Source: Macrostomum hystrix (Eukaryota; Animalia; Platyhelminthes). Taken from it: a stretch of 64,000 nt of DNA. Below the pieces are notes generated by a model, which saw nothing but the letters and a program-made list of their open reading frames with translations, was not told where the DNA came from and ran no database searches. The stretch's first letter is position 1. Every line of letters starts with the position of its first letter. This document shows positions 11,888 through 24,665 of this stretch, in pieces. The DNA is taken from positions 6,944,001 through 7,008,000 of the forward strand of contig CATNEN010000007.1 in NCBI GenBank assembly GCA_950097015.1, given 5' to 3'. A program made the translations under genes and the position numbers.

Positions 11888-14800
11888 TCAACCGTCGGCT
11901 ACGTAAGCGTTGTTCTCCTGCTCGGCGCTGACCGCCTCATAGACCTCACCAGCATCGTCTGCCTCCACATAGACGCTGGGCCTGGTTTAAATAAAAATAG
12001 AGCTCAGTAGTGCATTTCCCCATTCACTCTACTAATAGTCGGTCAGTAGTGAATTGGAATTTAGAAAAATAGATTTATTTGTACGCAGAAGTAAAAAAGA
12101 CTCACACTTGGTCCGTGCGGACGGCCTCGCTGTTGCTGTACGCTGCGTTTGGGAATCCTTCTGTGTTGGCATCTCCCGGCGCAGACCTGGTCACGGTTCA
12201 ATAATTAATCACGATTCAGTGATGACAGTGATGTCAGTGATGGAATATTATGAGGAGCATTTGCAAAGCGAATTGTGTGTTGCGAATGATAAAAAGTTAC
12301 ACTGCTTAAAATTTGTCTTCCAAAAGACGGCTGTAGCCCAGTGGTTAGAAATTCGGAATTCTTGCTGAAAGGTTTGAAGTTCGAATCTCACAGCCCGGGC
12401 AGGAGGTTCGCATCCTATAGCAGGGCATTTTTATTGCTGATGCTTCGGTTCATTCGGATAAAAATGGGTTCCAGCATTGCTTGAGTATTGCGGTGGGCTG
12501 TGGCCATGTCCATAGACTAAAAAGCTGTGACACTGCCTGTACGTCTGTCCTTGCGAGGTTAGGTTTCAGTGAGTAGGTACCCAAAGTGCTAGATTTGGTT
12601 TGGCTTCTGCATCAAACCTTTACGCCAAGCAGAAGCTCTCCACTCACTCAGCGGGAAGTTGACCACGGCGCACAAGGTGGAGGACCAGAAAGACGGCAGC
12701 TCCGGCGAGCAACAAGAAGCCGATGGCGCAACCGGCCGCTAAGCCGGCCACTGCGCCTGTCGGAAGAACCGATTCACCTGCTGCATCGGCGAACAAATTA
12801 GTGACGTTGGCTGCTGTTTGCATGCGGTCCTCGCAGGTCGGTCCGGCAAAGCCTGGCGGGCAGGCGCAGGTGAAGCCGGAGACACCGCCGGTGCAGTTGC
12901 CGCCGTTGCGGCAGGGCCTGCTGGCACAGTAGTCGGGTCGGGCGGTCTCGCAGAGGCTGCCGTAGAACTCTGGCGGGCAAGTGCAGGTGAAGCCGGAGAC
13001 ACCGCCGGTGCAGTTGCCGCCGTTTCGGCAGGGCCCGCTGGCACAGTAGTCGGGTCGGGCGGTCTCGCAGAGGCTGCCGTAGAACTCTGGCGGGCAGGTG
13101 CAGGTGAACTCGGCGACGGCGGTGGCGTTGTTGCTACAGGTGGCGCCGTTCCGGCAGGGGCTGCTGTAGCACGGTATGGCGATCTCGCAGAACTTTCCAT
13201 CGAAGCCATCAGTGCAGTTGCACTCAGGAGAATCGTCAGTTGGGCTGATCAGGCAGGTGCCATTGTTCTCACAGACCGTGCCATTGCATCGATCGATCTC
13301 GCAGAGGTCGCCGGTAAACTGAGCGTCAGTGCAGTTGCAGTGGAAACCGCCGTAGGTGTTTAGGCAGGGCATGTCGTTGCTGCATGGGTTGCCGACGGCG
13401 CACTCGTCGACGTCGATGTCGCAGAGGTCGCCGATGAACTTTGCGTCAGTACAGTTGCAGCGGAAACCGCCGTAGGTGTTCAGGCAGGGCATGCCATTGC
13501 TGCATGGGTTGCCGACGGCGCACTCGTCGACGTCGATGTCGCAGAGGTCGCCGATGAACTTGGCGTCAGTACAGTTGCAGCGGAAACCGCCGTAGGTGTT
13601 CAGGCAGGGCATGCCGTTGCTGCAAGGCTTGCCGACGGCGCACTCGTCCACATCGACGTCGCAGCGGTTGCCGGTGAACTGGGGCGGGCAGCGGCACCGA
13701 GGCTGCTTGGCCCCGTCCAGCACGCACTGGCCGCCGTTGACGCACGGGTTGCGGTAGATGCAGGGGTCGCGGTACAGCTCACAGTTCGTGCCGGCGAAGT
13801 CTGCGGGGCACTGGCACGAGTAGGACTCGCCGACTGGCACGCAGGTGGCGCCATTCTGGCAGACGCCGGTGCTGCACGGATGCGGCGTCTTGCAGTCGGT
13901 GGAGGGGCCGACCCAGCCTGGAAGGCAGAAGTACAGGGGACAGATAATATGACGCAGATATGACAGGTGACAGAGATTATAAGAAACAGATATGACAGGT
14001 GACAGAGATTATATGAAACAGATGACAGGTGACAGAGATTATATGAAACAGATATGACAGGTGTCAGAGATTATATGAAACAGATATGACAGGTGACAGA
14101 GATTATATGAAACAGATATGACAGGTGACAGAGATTATAAGAAACAGATATGACAGGTGACAGAGATTATATGAAACAGATATGACAGGTGACAGAGATT
14201 ATATGAAACAGATATGACAGGTGACAGAGATTATATGAAACAGATATGACAGGTGACAGAGATTATATGAAACAGATATGACAGGTGACAGAGATTATAT
14301 GAAACAGATATGACAGGTGACAGAGATTATATGAAACAGATATGACAGGTGACAGAGATTATATGAAACAGATATGACAGATGACAGAGATTATATGAAA
14401 CAGATATGACAGGTGACAGAGATTATATGAAACAGATGTAACAGGTGACAGGTTACGGTAAAACGGTAACTCACCAGCACGGCAGACTTTCTCCCCATTG
14501 AGGTTGCAGGTGTAGTGCCCACCAAAGGCGCTGTCCTGCGCCAGGCAGTAGGTGTTGCACAGCGAGTCGTAGAAGTTCGGGTGGCAGACGAACCAGTAAT
14601 TGAGCGACAGGCTGGAGAATGCAATGCGTCAGGGAATGCAGTCACAAGTGTGTAGAATTTCTAAACGGAACAGACTATCCCTCGGATAGTTAATGTGCTT
14701 ACGTGTGACCCATATAAGCGCTGACCATTGTTAGCGACTTCACATCCGTCCCGAAGGCATTCAGTTTTGCTGAGAACACGTCCATGAGGTCATGCGCGTT

Positions 14801-16029
14801 CCCGTCCCGATCCATGACAGTCACTGTAATGTAGATTATTCCCTGCCAAAGTGGAGCAAGTAGGTGACCTCGTTGTTTAAAATTACCATTTGCTCGGCAT
14901 AGCATTCGCGTATTCCCTTCGGATTTGTTATGCCGGTACTCACATTGTTGTCTGCGTAGTTCATGGCGAATGGAACCGGATTGGGCATACCGGCAAATTC
15001 GGAGACAAAATAAATATCTTCCTTCTCAAAGTAAAACCCAGGCTGTTGATAGTTGTAGAAGCTGGATCTGAAAATTTCTCGTTTTTTTCAGGATTGAATT
15101 CTCAATAGCACATGGCATATGAAGTCATCACACTGGTACAGGAGTGCAGGATATACACACTGGTACAGGAGTGCAGGATATACACACTGGTACAGGAGTG
15201 CAGGATATACACACTGGTACAGAAGTGCAGGATATACACACTGGTACAGGAGTGCAGGATATACACACTGGTACAGGAGTGCAGGATATACACAATGGCG
15301 CAGGAGAGGAGGATACACACTGGTACAGGACAGGAGGATATACACACTGGTACAGGAGTGCAGGATATACACAATGGCGCAGGAGAGGAGGATACACACT
15401 GGTACAGGACAGGAGGATATACACACTGGTACAGGAGTGCAGGATATACACAATGGTACAGGAGAGGAGGATACACACTGGTACAGGACAGGAGGATATA
15501 CACACTGGTACAGGAGTGCAGGATATACACAATGGTACAGGAGAGGAGGATACACACTGGTACAGGAGAGGAGGATACACAATGGTACAGGAGAGGAGGA
15601 TACACAATGGCACAGGAGTGCAGGATACACACTGGCACAGGAGTGCAGGATACACAATGGCACAGGTGAGTGCCCAGGCCTCCCTCTGCAGTACTAGCTA
15701 GGCACAGGCTAAAATATAAATTGAATTCATGTCGGCACCAACCCGCCCGGTATGTAGCGGTCCGCAGTCAGCAGAAAACTCGGGTCGCAGTAGCTCTCCC
15801 GCGAGTTAAAGAACAGAAAAGGGTCGCATAAGGTGCCATCAGCGCACCTACCGTCATGGTTAAAGTACCGCACGAATTGCAGAAACAATGTACCGTGACT
15901 GTTTACCTGCAAATTATTTGAATAGATGACTGAGTCGAGCCGTAGTGAAATAAAAACATCAGATTAGCTCACCGCAGCTAGCCCATAGCTCAAGATAACG
16001 AAAGTGATCAGCAGTTCAGGGCAACCCAT
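11888..16029 (-). CDS. Delta-like DSL Notch ligand, paralog A: signal peptide, C2/MNNL-like domain, DSL, 9 EGF, TM, tail; about 688 aa
   Basis: Exons (-): 16029-15973, 15906-15743, 15067-14944, 14842-14703, 14611-14475, 13917-12648, 12186-12106, 11981-11888. All are GT-AG and phase-consistent. DSL is CHPNFYDSLCNTYCLAQDSAFGGHYTCNLNGEKVCRAGWVGPSTDC. Confidence 0.92.
12328..12535 (+). mobile_element. Degenerate tRNA-headed SINE (family 2-related) in a DSL-A intron
   Basis: TAGCCCAGTGG A-box, GTTCGAATC B-box, and aaatggg.ccagcatt and gtccatagact motifs shared with family 2. Confidence 0.6.
13950..14452. repeat. 32-bp minisatellite (gacaggtgacagagattatatgaaacagatat) in DSL-A intron 5
   Basis: About 15 units. 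Confidence 0.95.
15129..15666. repeat. 25-27-bp minisatellite (acacactggtacaggagtgcaggatat) in DSL-A intron 2
   Basis: About 20 units. Confidence 0.95.
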
Positions 16030-16607
16030 GAGTCTCGGTTGCTGATTTAGAAATATATAATATGACTTCTTGTCCTTTTATTTTCTTCAACAATAACAGG
16101 CTGTTTTCTAGGCTTTTGCATAAGTGAGGCATAGAGACTGTTCTAATTATATACAAAATCTAAGACAAAAGACAATAGGATCTAAAATCCGGGACTTTGT
16201 TTAGAATCCTGGACCTTAGCGTTCTGTGCTAGTTTTTTAGATTCGCACCTCCTTAATGCTGTGTTTTCGTGCACCTCTTCCAGGTAAATTTGACAGGTGA
16301 GAGTTTATGCAAAAAATGCATTAGCCCGCTGCAACAGAAGAACAGAAGAACAGTTGCGTCTTACAGTACGTCACTTTCAACATCAACAATACAACGGTTA
16401 CCAAAGAGGCTGTGACCGAATTAAATAAAAAAACAAACTAGTTTTTCTGCAGTAGCAAAATATCCGCGTTCGTACGCAATTTAAATTGTTTTAATTTGAT
16501 TTTTTATCTGAGTTAGTACCCCCATTGGGTACTACTGAGCCGATTTGGGGTATTACTCGGGAAGGTAAAGGTAAAGTATTCAAAGTATTTTACATGTATT
16601 TTTAACT

Positions 16608-17698
16608 TTCCCTGGGAAAAGACCACGCTATTGTTCCCTGGGAAAATACTATGCTATTGTTCCCTGGGGAAGACCACGCTATTGTTCCCTGGGAAGACCA
16701 CGCTATTGTTCCCTGGGAAGACCACGCTATTGTTCCCTGGGGAAGAGACCACGCTATTGTTCCCTGGGAAAAGACCACGCTATTGTTCCCTGGGGAAGAC
16801 TATGCTATTTTTCCCTGGGAAAAGACCACGCTATTGTTCCCTGGGAAGAGACCACGCTATTGTTCCCTGGGGAAGACCACGCTATTGTTCCCTGGGAAGA
16901 GACCACGCTATTGTTCCCTGGAAAGACCACGCTATTGTTCCCTGGGGAAGACCACGCTATTGTTCCCTGGGAAAGACCACGCAATTGTTCCCTGGGAAAG
17001 ACTATGCTATTGTTCCCTGGGAAGACCACGCTATTGTTCCCTGGGAAGAGACCACGCTATTGTTCCCTGGGAAGAGGCCACGCTATTGTTCCCTGGGAAA
17101 GACCACGCTATTGTTCCCTGGGAAGAGACCACGCTATTGTTCCCTGGGTAGACCACGCTATTGTTCCCTGGGGAAGACCACGCTATTGTTCCCTGGGAAG
17201 AGACCACGCTGTTGTTCCCTGGGAAGAGGCCACGCTATTGTTCCCTGGGAAAGACTATGCTATTGTTCCCTGGGAAAGACTATGCTATTGTTCCCTGGGA
17301 AAAGACCACACTATTGTTCCCTGATAATAGACCACGCTGTTGTTCCCTGGGAAGAGACCACGCTGTTGTTCCCTGGGAAGAGGCCACGCTATTGTTCCCT
17401 GGGAAAGACTATGCTATTGTTCCCTGGGAAAAGACCACACTATTGTTCCCTGATAATAGACCACGCTGTTGTTCCCTGGGAAGAGGCCACGCTGTTGTTC
17501 CCTGGGAAGAGGCCACGCTGTTGTTCCCTGGGAAGAGGCCACGCTGTTGTTCCCTGGGAAGAGACCACGCTGTTGTTCCCTGGGAAGAGGCCACGCTATT
17601 GTTCCCTGGGAAAGACTATGCTATTGTTCCCTGGGAAAAGACCACACTATTGTTCCCTGATAATAGACCACGCTGTTGTTCCCTGGGGAAAGACCACG
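16608..17698. repeat. 24-26-bp minisatellite (gaccacgctattgttccctgggaa), intergenic between the DSL paralogs
   Basis: About 43 units. Confidence 0.95.
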
Positions 17699-18255
17699 GG
17701 GAATTTACAATACCAACTGCCTGTCTAACGATAGCTCCCAATCAGAATCACAGATTTTCATGTAAATCCACCATCTGATTATATTTTTCCGCCCTAAAAT
17801 GAGAAGGAAGTTGAAAACGAATATTTGCAAGATTATTTCTTAGTTTGTAGGGATGCGTTATTCGCGTTATCGCATAATAAATAGCGTTATTATTTTAAAC
17901 TGCCACAATTCCATGAAAATGGGGTCCTAATTTAAAGTTTTTTACCCCATTTCTGGTATGACTTTGCAAAGAAAAAAACAAGAGGTGGCGTGATACCTTC
18001 GCCTTGGGCTTATCGAGTTGGCTGGCTGGGTGCACCAACCCCACCTCATCTAGGCGGAGGTTGAGGGGTTTTGAGTGCAGCTGCACTGGCCGCTCGCGAG
18101 TTGACTGACCGCCACAGTACACAAAAAGTAGAGTATGTAATTAGAAAGTAGGCTGGTTGAAAACGGGATATTTCTGGCAATATTGTCTAGTCAGAATTAT
18201 ATTTTAAAGAATTACTTTTGAAAGTGAGCAAGTTATTAGATTGGCAGTCTCTGTA

Positions 18256-18480
18256 TTCATTCACACCCACTCATTTTCATTCACACCCACTCATTTTCAT
18301 TCACACCCACTCATTTTCATTCACACCCACTCATTTTCATTCACACCCACTCATTTTCATTCACACCCACTCATTTTCATTCACACCCACTCATTTTCAT
18401 TCACACCCACTCATTTTCATTCACACCCACTCATTTTCATTCACACCCACTCATTTTCATTCACACCCACTCATTTTAAT
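18256..18480. repeat. 20-bp perfect minisatellite (tcacacccactcattttcat)
   Basis: About 11 units. Confidence 0.95.
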
Positions 18481-19064
18481 TCTCACACATTCATCTTCAT
18501 TCCAGAAAATAATCGAAGACAAAGCCAATCACAAAAATAATTTTCTTAGTTCACGCGGGGTTGCTTGAAGGCGTTCTTATAAGTCAATAACCAGGTATTT
18601 GATTTGAGTGAAGCATTAAAATCATTAAGGCAGCCATTATTGATTACACCATTACTGTCTGTACAATCAATTCGCTTGCCTCAGGTGAATGGACAAAAAA
18701 TAATGTACAAATTTTCTTCATCTTCAGTTCGTCACAAAAAGATGGCAATTAAAAAACGAAAAAACTGTTAATCTGCTGCTTCGATTAATTAAATATTTAA
18801 ATTTGGACAAAGCAGAGCTTTTTCTGTGAAACGATAAATAAGCGAAATCTTTGGCGTGCAATCGCGCAAAAAAGAAACACATCGATCACGTACGTGTAAT
18901 TGTTCTTTTACTTTGCAAACACTTTTTTTCTTCTAACTGTACTTCCTAGATCGTTTTTTAAATGTCAACATAATTTGATGGTCATCGTTTTTTAGACCGC
19001 GTGTATAAAGTACCTGTACAGTGATAAAAAAGACAGCAGTTGCTAAGGCACATCATTGGCCTGC

Positions 19065-22000
19065 TCAGGCGTCGACCTCATATGCGTGGTTCACCTGTAC
19101 TCCAGCCGGCAATCCGACCTGCCCAGCCTGCGGCTCGATCACCGGCTCACCGCCGATCGCCTCGTAGATGTCACCGGCCTCCGCCTCCAAATGAACGCTG
19201 GGCCTGGTGGCAGATGCATGGAAGATTAGTTCGATGCACTCTACTTACAGTAGGTCAAAAGCGAATAGTACGAACCGTATTTATTCGCTGCATAACAAAA
19301 CATTTATGATGGAGCATTGTGATCCATCTAGACACTGTGACCCATCTAGACACTGTGACCCATCTAGACACTGTGACCCATCTAGACACTGTGACCCATC
19401 TAGACACTGTGACCCATCTAGACACTGTGACCCATCTAGACACTGTGACCCATCTAGACACTGTGACCCATCTAGACACTGTGACCCATCTAGACACTGT
19501 GACCCATCTAGACACTGTGACCCATCTAGACACTGTGACCCATCTAGACACTGTGACCCATCTAGACACTGTGACCCATCTAGACACTGTGACCCATCTA
19601 GACACTGTGACCCATCTAGACACTGTGACCCATCTAGACACTGTGACCCATCTAGACACTGTGACCCATCTAGACACTGTGACCCATCTAGACACTGTGA
19701 CCCATCTAGACACTGTGACCCATCTAGACACTGTGACCCATCTAGACACTGTGACCCATCTAGAAACTGTGACCCATCTAGACACTGTGACCCATCTAGA
19801 CACTGTGACCATTCTAGGCATTGTGGCCTCCTCCGAGTTCAATAGCAAACTCAACTCACACTTCGTGACTGCGGACTGTCTCGCCGCCCTCGCTGGCATT
19901 GTTGTACACCGCGTTGGAGAATCCGCTGCTGCTGGCATCATCCGGCAGAGACCTGGCAAAAGTTTGAGCGGACGCAGGCTAAAGACAGACTGTGCCTGAC
20001 CCCCAAAACAGAAGATTACGAAAGTGTTAAAACAAGACCACTCATAATACTAATTGTACTCATAGTAGGTAGAAACGGAGGCGAAGTATAGTTCTCATTT
20101 CATCATCACTCCGCACTTTTAGTTCGATCTCCAAAGAGCAGCTCTCTACTCACTCAGGCAGGGGTCTCCGCCGCAGCAGGTAGACGGCCAGGAAGACAGC
20201 AACTCCGACGAGCAGCAGGAAGCCGACGACGCAGAGAACCGCCACGCCAGCCACGCCGACGCCCGCGCCGGACTCAGAGGCCGAAGCGTCGCCCGGATTG
20301 TCTCCGAGGAGGCCATCCGATCTGATGCTAGGAGTAGTTGCACCCCTGCGTTCCTCGCAGGTCGGTCCGGCAAAGCCTGGCGGGCAGGCGCAGGTGAAGC
20401 CGGAGACACCGCCGGTGCAGTTGCCGCCGTTGCGGCAGGGCCTGCTGGCACAGTAGTCGGGTCGGGCGGTCTCACAGAGGCTGCCGTAGAACTCTGGCGG
20501 GCAAGTGCAGGTGAAGCCGGAGACACCGCCGGTGCAGTTGCCGCCGTTTCGGCAGGGCCCGCTGGCGCAGTAGTCGGGTCGGGCGGTCTCGCAGAGGCTG
20601 CCGTAGAACTCTGGCGGGCAGGTGCAGGTGAACTCGGCGACGGCGGTGGCGTTGTTGCTACAGGTGGCGCCGTTGCGGCAGGGGCTGCTGTAGCACGGGA
20701 TGGCGGTCTCACAGAACTGTCCAGTAAATCCGGCGCGACAGTAGCACTTTGGAGAGCCGTCTGTAGAACTCATCAGGCAGGTGCCATTGTTCTCACAAAC
20801 TGTGCCATTGCATCGATCTATCTCACAGAGACCGCCCGCGAACTTGGCGTCAGTACAGTTGCAACGGAAACCGCCGTAGGTGTTCAGGCAGGGCATGCCG
20901 TTGCTGCATGGCTTTCCGACGGCGCACTCGTCGACGTCGATGTCGCAGCGGTCGCCGGTGAACTGGGGCGGGCAGCGGCACCGAGGCTGCTTGGCCCCAT
21001 CCAGCACGCACTGGCCGCCGTTGACGCACGGGTTGCGGTAGATGCAGGGGTCGCGGTACAGCTCACAGTTCGTGCCGGCGAAGTCCGCGGGGCACTGGCA
21101 CGAGTAGGACTCGCCGACTGGCACGCAGGTGGCGCCATTCTGGCAGACGCCGGTGCTGCACGGATGCGGCGTCTTGCAGTCGGTGGAGGGGCCGACCCAG
21201 CCTGGAAGGCAGAAGTGACTGAAGTGAAGGTAAGAGAGATGACAGAGAAAGGAGACTGAGGCGATAAATTTTTGGGCTACAACTCACCAGCACGGCAGAC
21301 GTTCTCCCCATTGAGGTTGCAGGTGTAGTGCCCACCAAAGGCGCTGTCCTGCGCCAGGCAGTAGGTGTTGCACAGCGAGCCGTAGAAGTTCGGGTGGCAG
21401 ACGAACCAGTAATTGAGCGACAGGCTGGAGAACAAGACAAGCAGATTTCAGGTAACGGCAATTGAGGACAGGCTGAAGAAAATTTAATCACTCTATTGAA
21501 TGCTCCTTACGTGTGACCCATGAAAGAGCTGATCATTGTCAGGGACTTCACATCCGTCCCGAAGGCATTCAGTGTGGCTGAGAACACGTCAATAAGGTCG
21601 TCAGAGCTCGTGTCCTTGTCGGTCACAGTGACCGTGATGTAGATTTTGCCCTGCCGAGTGCAAAGAGGGGGTAAATGACTTTCGAGACTTCCGAAATGAA
21701 ATCGCGTATTTTGTGCTTACAAGTTTTTTAAGAGTAACATTTTTTTATTGAACCAAGAAATTTAGGATCGCTCGCAGCAACTCACACTGTTGTCTCTGTA
21801 GTTCATAGCGAATGGAACCGGGTTGGCCATCTCCGCAAACACGGAGCCGAAATTGATCACATCAGAGTCGCCGTACCAGCCAGGCTGTTGATAGTCGTAC
21901 ATGCTTGATCTGAAACAATGTTTGCTTGGATTGGGAAACTTGGAACTTATCAACTAGAAAGCAACTGGCACAGGACTGCATGATACACACTGGCACAGGA

Positions 22001-22748
22001 CTGCATGATACACACTGGCACAGGACTGCATGATACACACTGGCACAGGACTGCATGATACACACTGGCACAGGACTGCATGATACACACTGGCACAGGA
22101 CTGCATGATACACACTGGCACAGGACTGCATGATACACACTGGCACAGGACTGCATGATACACACTGGCACAGGACTGCATGATACACACTGGCACAGGA
22201 CTGCATGATACACACTGGCACAGGACTGCATGATACACACTGGCACAGGACTGCATGATACACACTGGCACAGGACTGCATGATACACACTGGCACAGGA
22301 CTGCATGATACACACTGGCACAGGACTGCATGATACACACTGGCACAGGACTGCATGATACACACTGGCACAGGACTGCAAGCAAAACACTGGCAGAGGA
22401 TAAGGCAATGTTTTAACTGAGGTCCGCACTGACCCGCCCGAATTGTAGCGGTCCGCTGTGAGTCGAAACCGCGGGTCGCAGGGGCTCTCCCTGATGTTGA
22501 AGATCATGACAGGGTCACAGTAGGTGCCATCAGCACACCTGCTGTCCTGGTTGTTGTACTGCACGAATCGCAAGAACAAGGTGCCGTCACTTTGTACCTG
22601 TAATGCATTCAAATGTGTTTGAAGGTTCGAATCAACTAGCTAATTAGTTGTGAGAACTGGACAACCCTGAGCTCACCACATCTGGAAACCAACTGCTCAA
22701 TATGACGACAAGAACTAGCAGAGCAGGCCGACTAACGATTCTCATCAT
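19065..22748 (-). CDS. Delta-like DSL Notch ligand, paralog B: same 8-exon structure, 7 EGF; about 638 aa
   Basis: Exons (-): 22748-22677, 22597-22434, 21909-21786, 21650-21511, 21424-21288, 21201-20154, 19952-19860, 19203-19065. Exons 2-5 have the same lengths as in paralog A (164, 124, 140, 137). Confidence 0.92.
19315..19825. repeat. 18-bp near-perfect minisatellite (cactgtgacccatctaga) in the last intron of DSL-B
   Basis: About 28 units. Confidence 0.97.
21964..22397. repeat. 25-bp perfect minisatellite (acacactggcacaggactgcatgat) in DSL-B intron 2
   Basis: About 17 units. Confidence 0.97.
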
Positions 22749-23919
22749 GACGTCAGTTGTTCGAGTGCTGTTTGGGTCCCTTAGTTGCGGCGCGATATGT
22801 TTTACCCTTTCGAAGTTCTGTTTTTTGTTTAGAAATTGCTGCTTGCTTTCTCGATTTTTCTCTCCTTAAAACTGAGCTGAAAAACAAAGCATGTGGAAGG
22901 ACAGCAATTGTCTCCCAATGAGCAGTTTATGGATACTTCGACCCTGTGTTTACAAGAGGTTAGAAGAGCTTGAGGGCGAGACTTGAGCCCAGGTGGTTTC
23001 TCACGGGCACTGGCGATCAGGCCATGGTGCCAGTCTCACCCACCCCCACTCTGTGACCATTGGGTTGCTGAGCTTGCGGCACACAGTGCAACACTTAAGC
23101 AACTCTGGGCTATGCAATTATGTTAATTATTTTAGGCTCAATATCTTAAGCATAAGCTTACTAGACAGCATTAGTGGGCAAAAAATGAGACGAGATAGAG
23201 AATCGACAGAATTGTTTCGTCGAGCCATATTTCCAATCCGTGCCAGGGTAGTCACCTATGCAAAAATGTGCATTTGCCATAAGACAGAAGATTGGAATTG
23301 CTGATTCAGTTTAGAATCCGGGACTTTTCTGAGGTACACAAGCAGAAAAAATATTTGTGCGTTTTTGAGTCTTGAAACAATACTTTCATTGTGCCGTGTT
23401 TTTGTACACAATGGCATTGTAAATGGGGCAAGGCGTTATAGGCTGTATAAAGCAGCCTAAGAAAAAGGCACGGGCTCTGCTTCGCTTTTACACAATGGAG
23501 GACACACATTTTAACTCTATGATTTCCGAGCCTTTATTCAAGTACATATTTAGTCTCTATGGTTGTGTTCTCAGCAGTGCATCTATTTCTACCATGTTGT
23601 TGAGCTGCTGCTGCTGCTGTTGCACGCTCGCCCCGAAGTGACAGATTCTTTCCGGCCTAAAAATAGACGTATTTATCAAAACTCGACCAGCCTGAGCAGT
23701 GACAGAGCGTGTCAATCTTGTCTGCCCTGAACGAATTAAGTGGAATCGTTGTCCATCAAATCAAGCATTACTCACCCACACAGCTTGTTTAAACACAGAG
23801 AATCAATTAATCAACAGATGACTATTCGTTGCCTGTTCATTGGGCAAGTAATGCGATTCGAGTCGCTAAGGGCACCAACTTTTTCCCGATATCCATTAAT
23901 TAATGATGATACAGGTATG

Positions 23920-24405
23920 CTACCATCAGAGCTACATGATACCATCATACCTACATGATACCATCATAGCTGCATGATACCATCAGACCTACATGATACT
24001 ATCAGAGCTACATGATACCATCAGAGCTACATGATACCATCAGAGCTGCATGATACCATCAGAGCTACATGATACCATCAGACCTACATGATACCATCAG
24101 ACCTACATGATACCATCAGACCTACATGATACCATCAGACCTACATGATACCATCAGACCTACATGATACCATCAGACCTACATGATACCATCAGAGCTA
24201 CATGATACCATCATAGCTGCATGATACCATCAGAGCTACATGATACCATCAGACCTACATGATACCATCAGAGCTGCATGATACCATCAGAGCTACATGA
24301 TACCATCAGACCTACATGATACCATCAGAGCTACATGATACCATCAGACCTACATAATGCCATCAGACCTACATGATATCATCAGAGCTACATGATACCA
24401 TCAAA
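23920..24405. repeat. 19-bp minisatellite (atgataccatcagagctac)
   Basis: About 25 units. Confidence 0.95.
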
Positions 24406-24665
24406 GCCATTAGAGCTCTAATAAAAGGTACATAATATGCATACATATTACATATACATAATATGCATAATTGTATCAGAGCTCGGCTGTAAATCAGAGT
24501 TCTATGATATCATCCAACTCTTAGATACCAAAAATGGTCAAATTAAACGATCAGCAAAGTCCAGTGAAGGTGCTGCTAGCGAACATAAATCTTCGTCTTT
24601 ATCCACCAAGAGCAGAAGACAGCAGCTCATTGGATTATCCTGGCTGTCGTTATTTTAAATCGACC

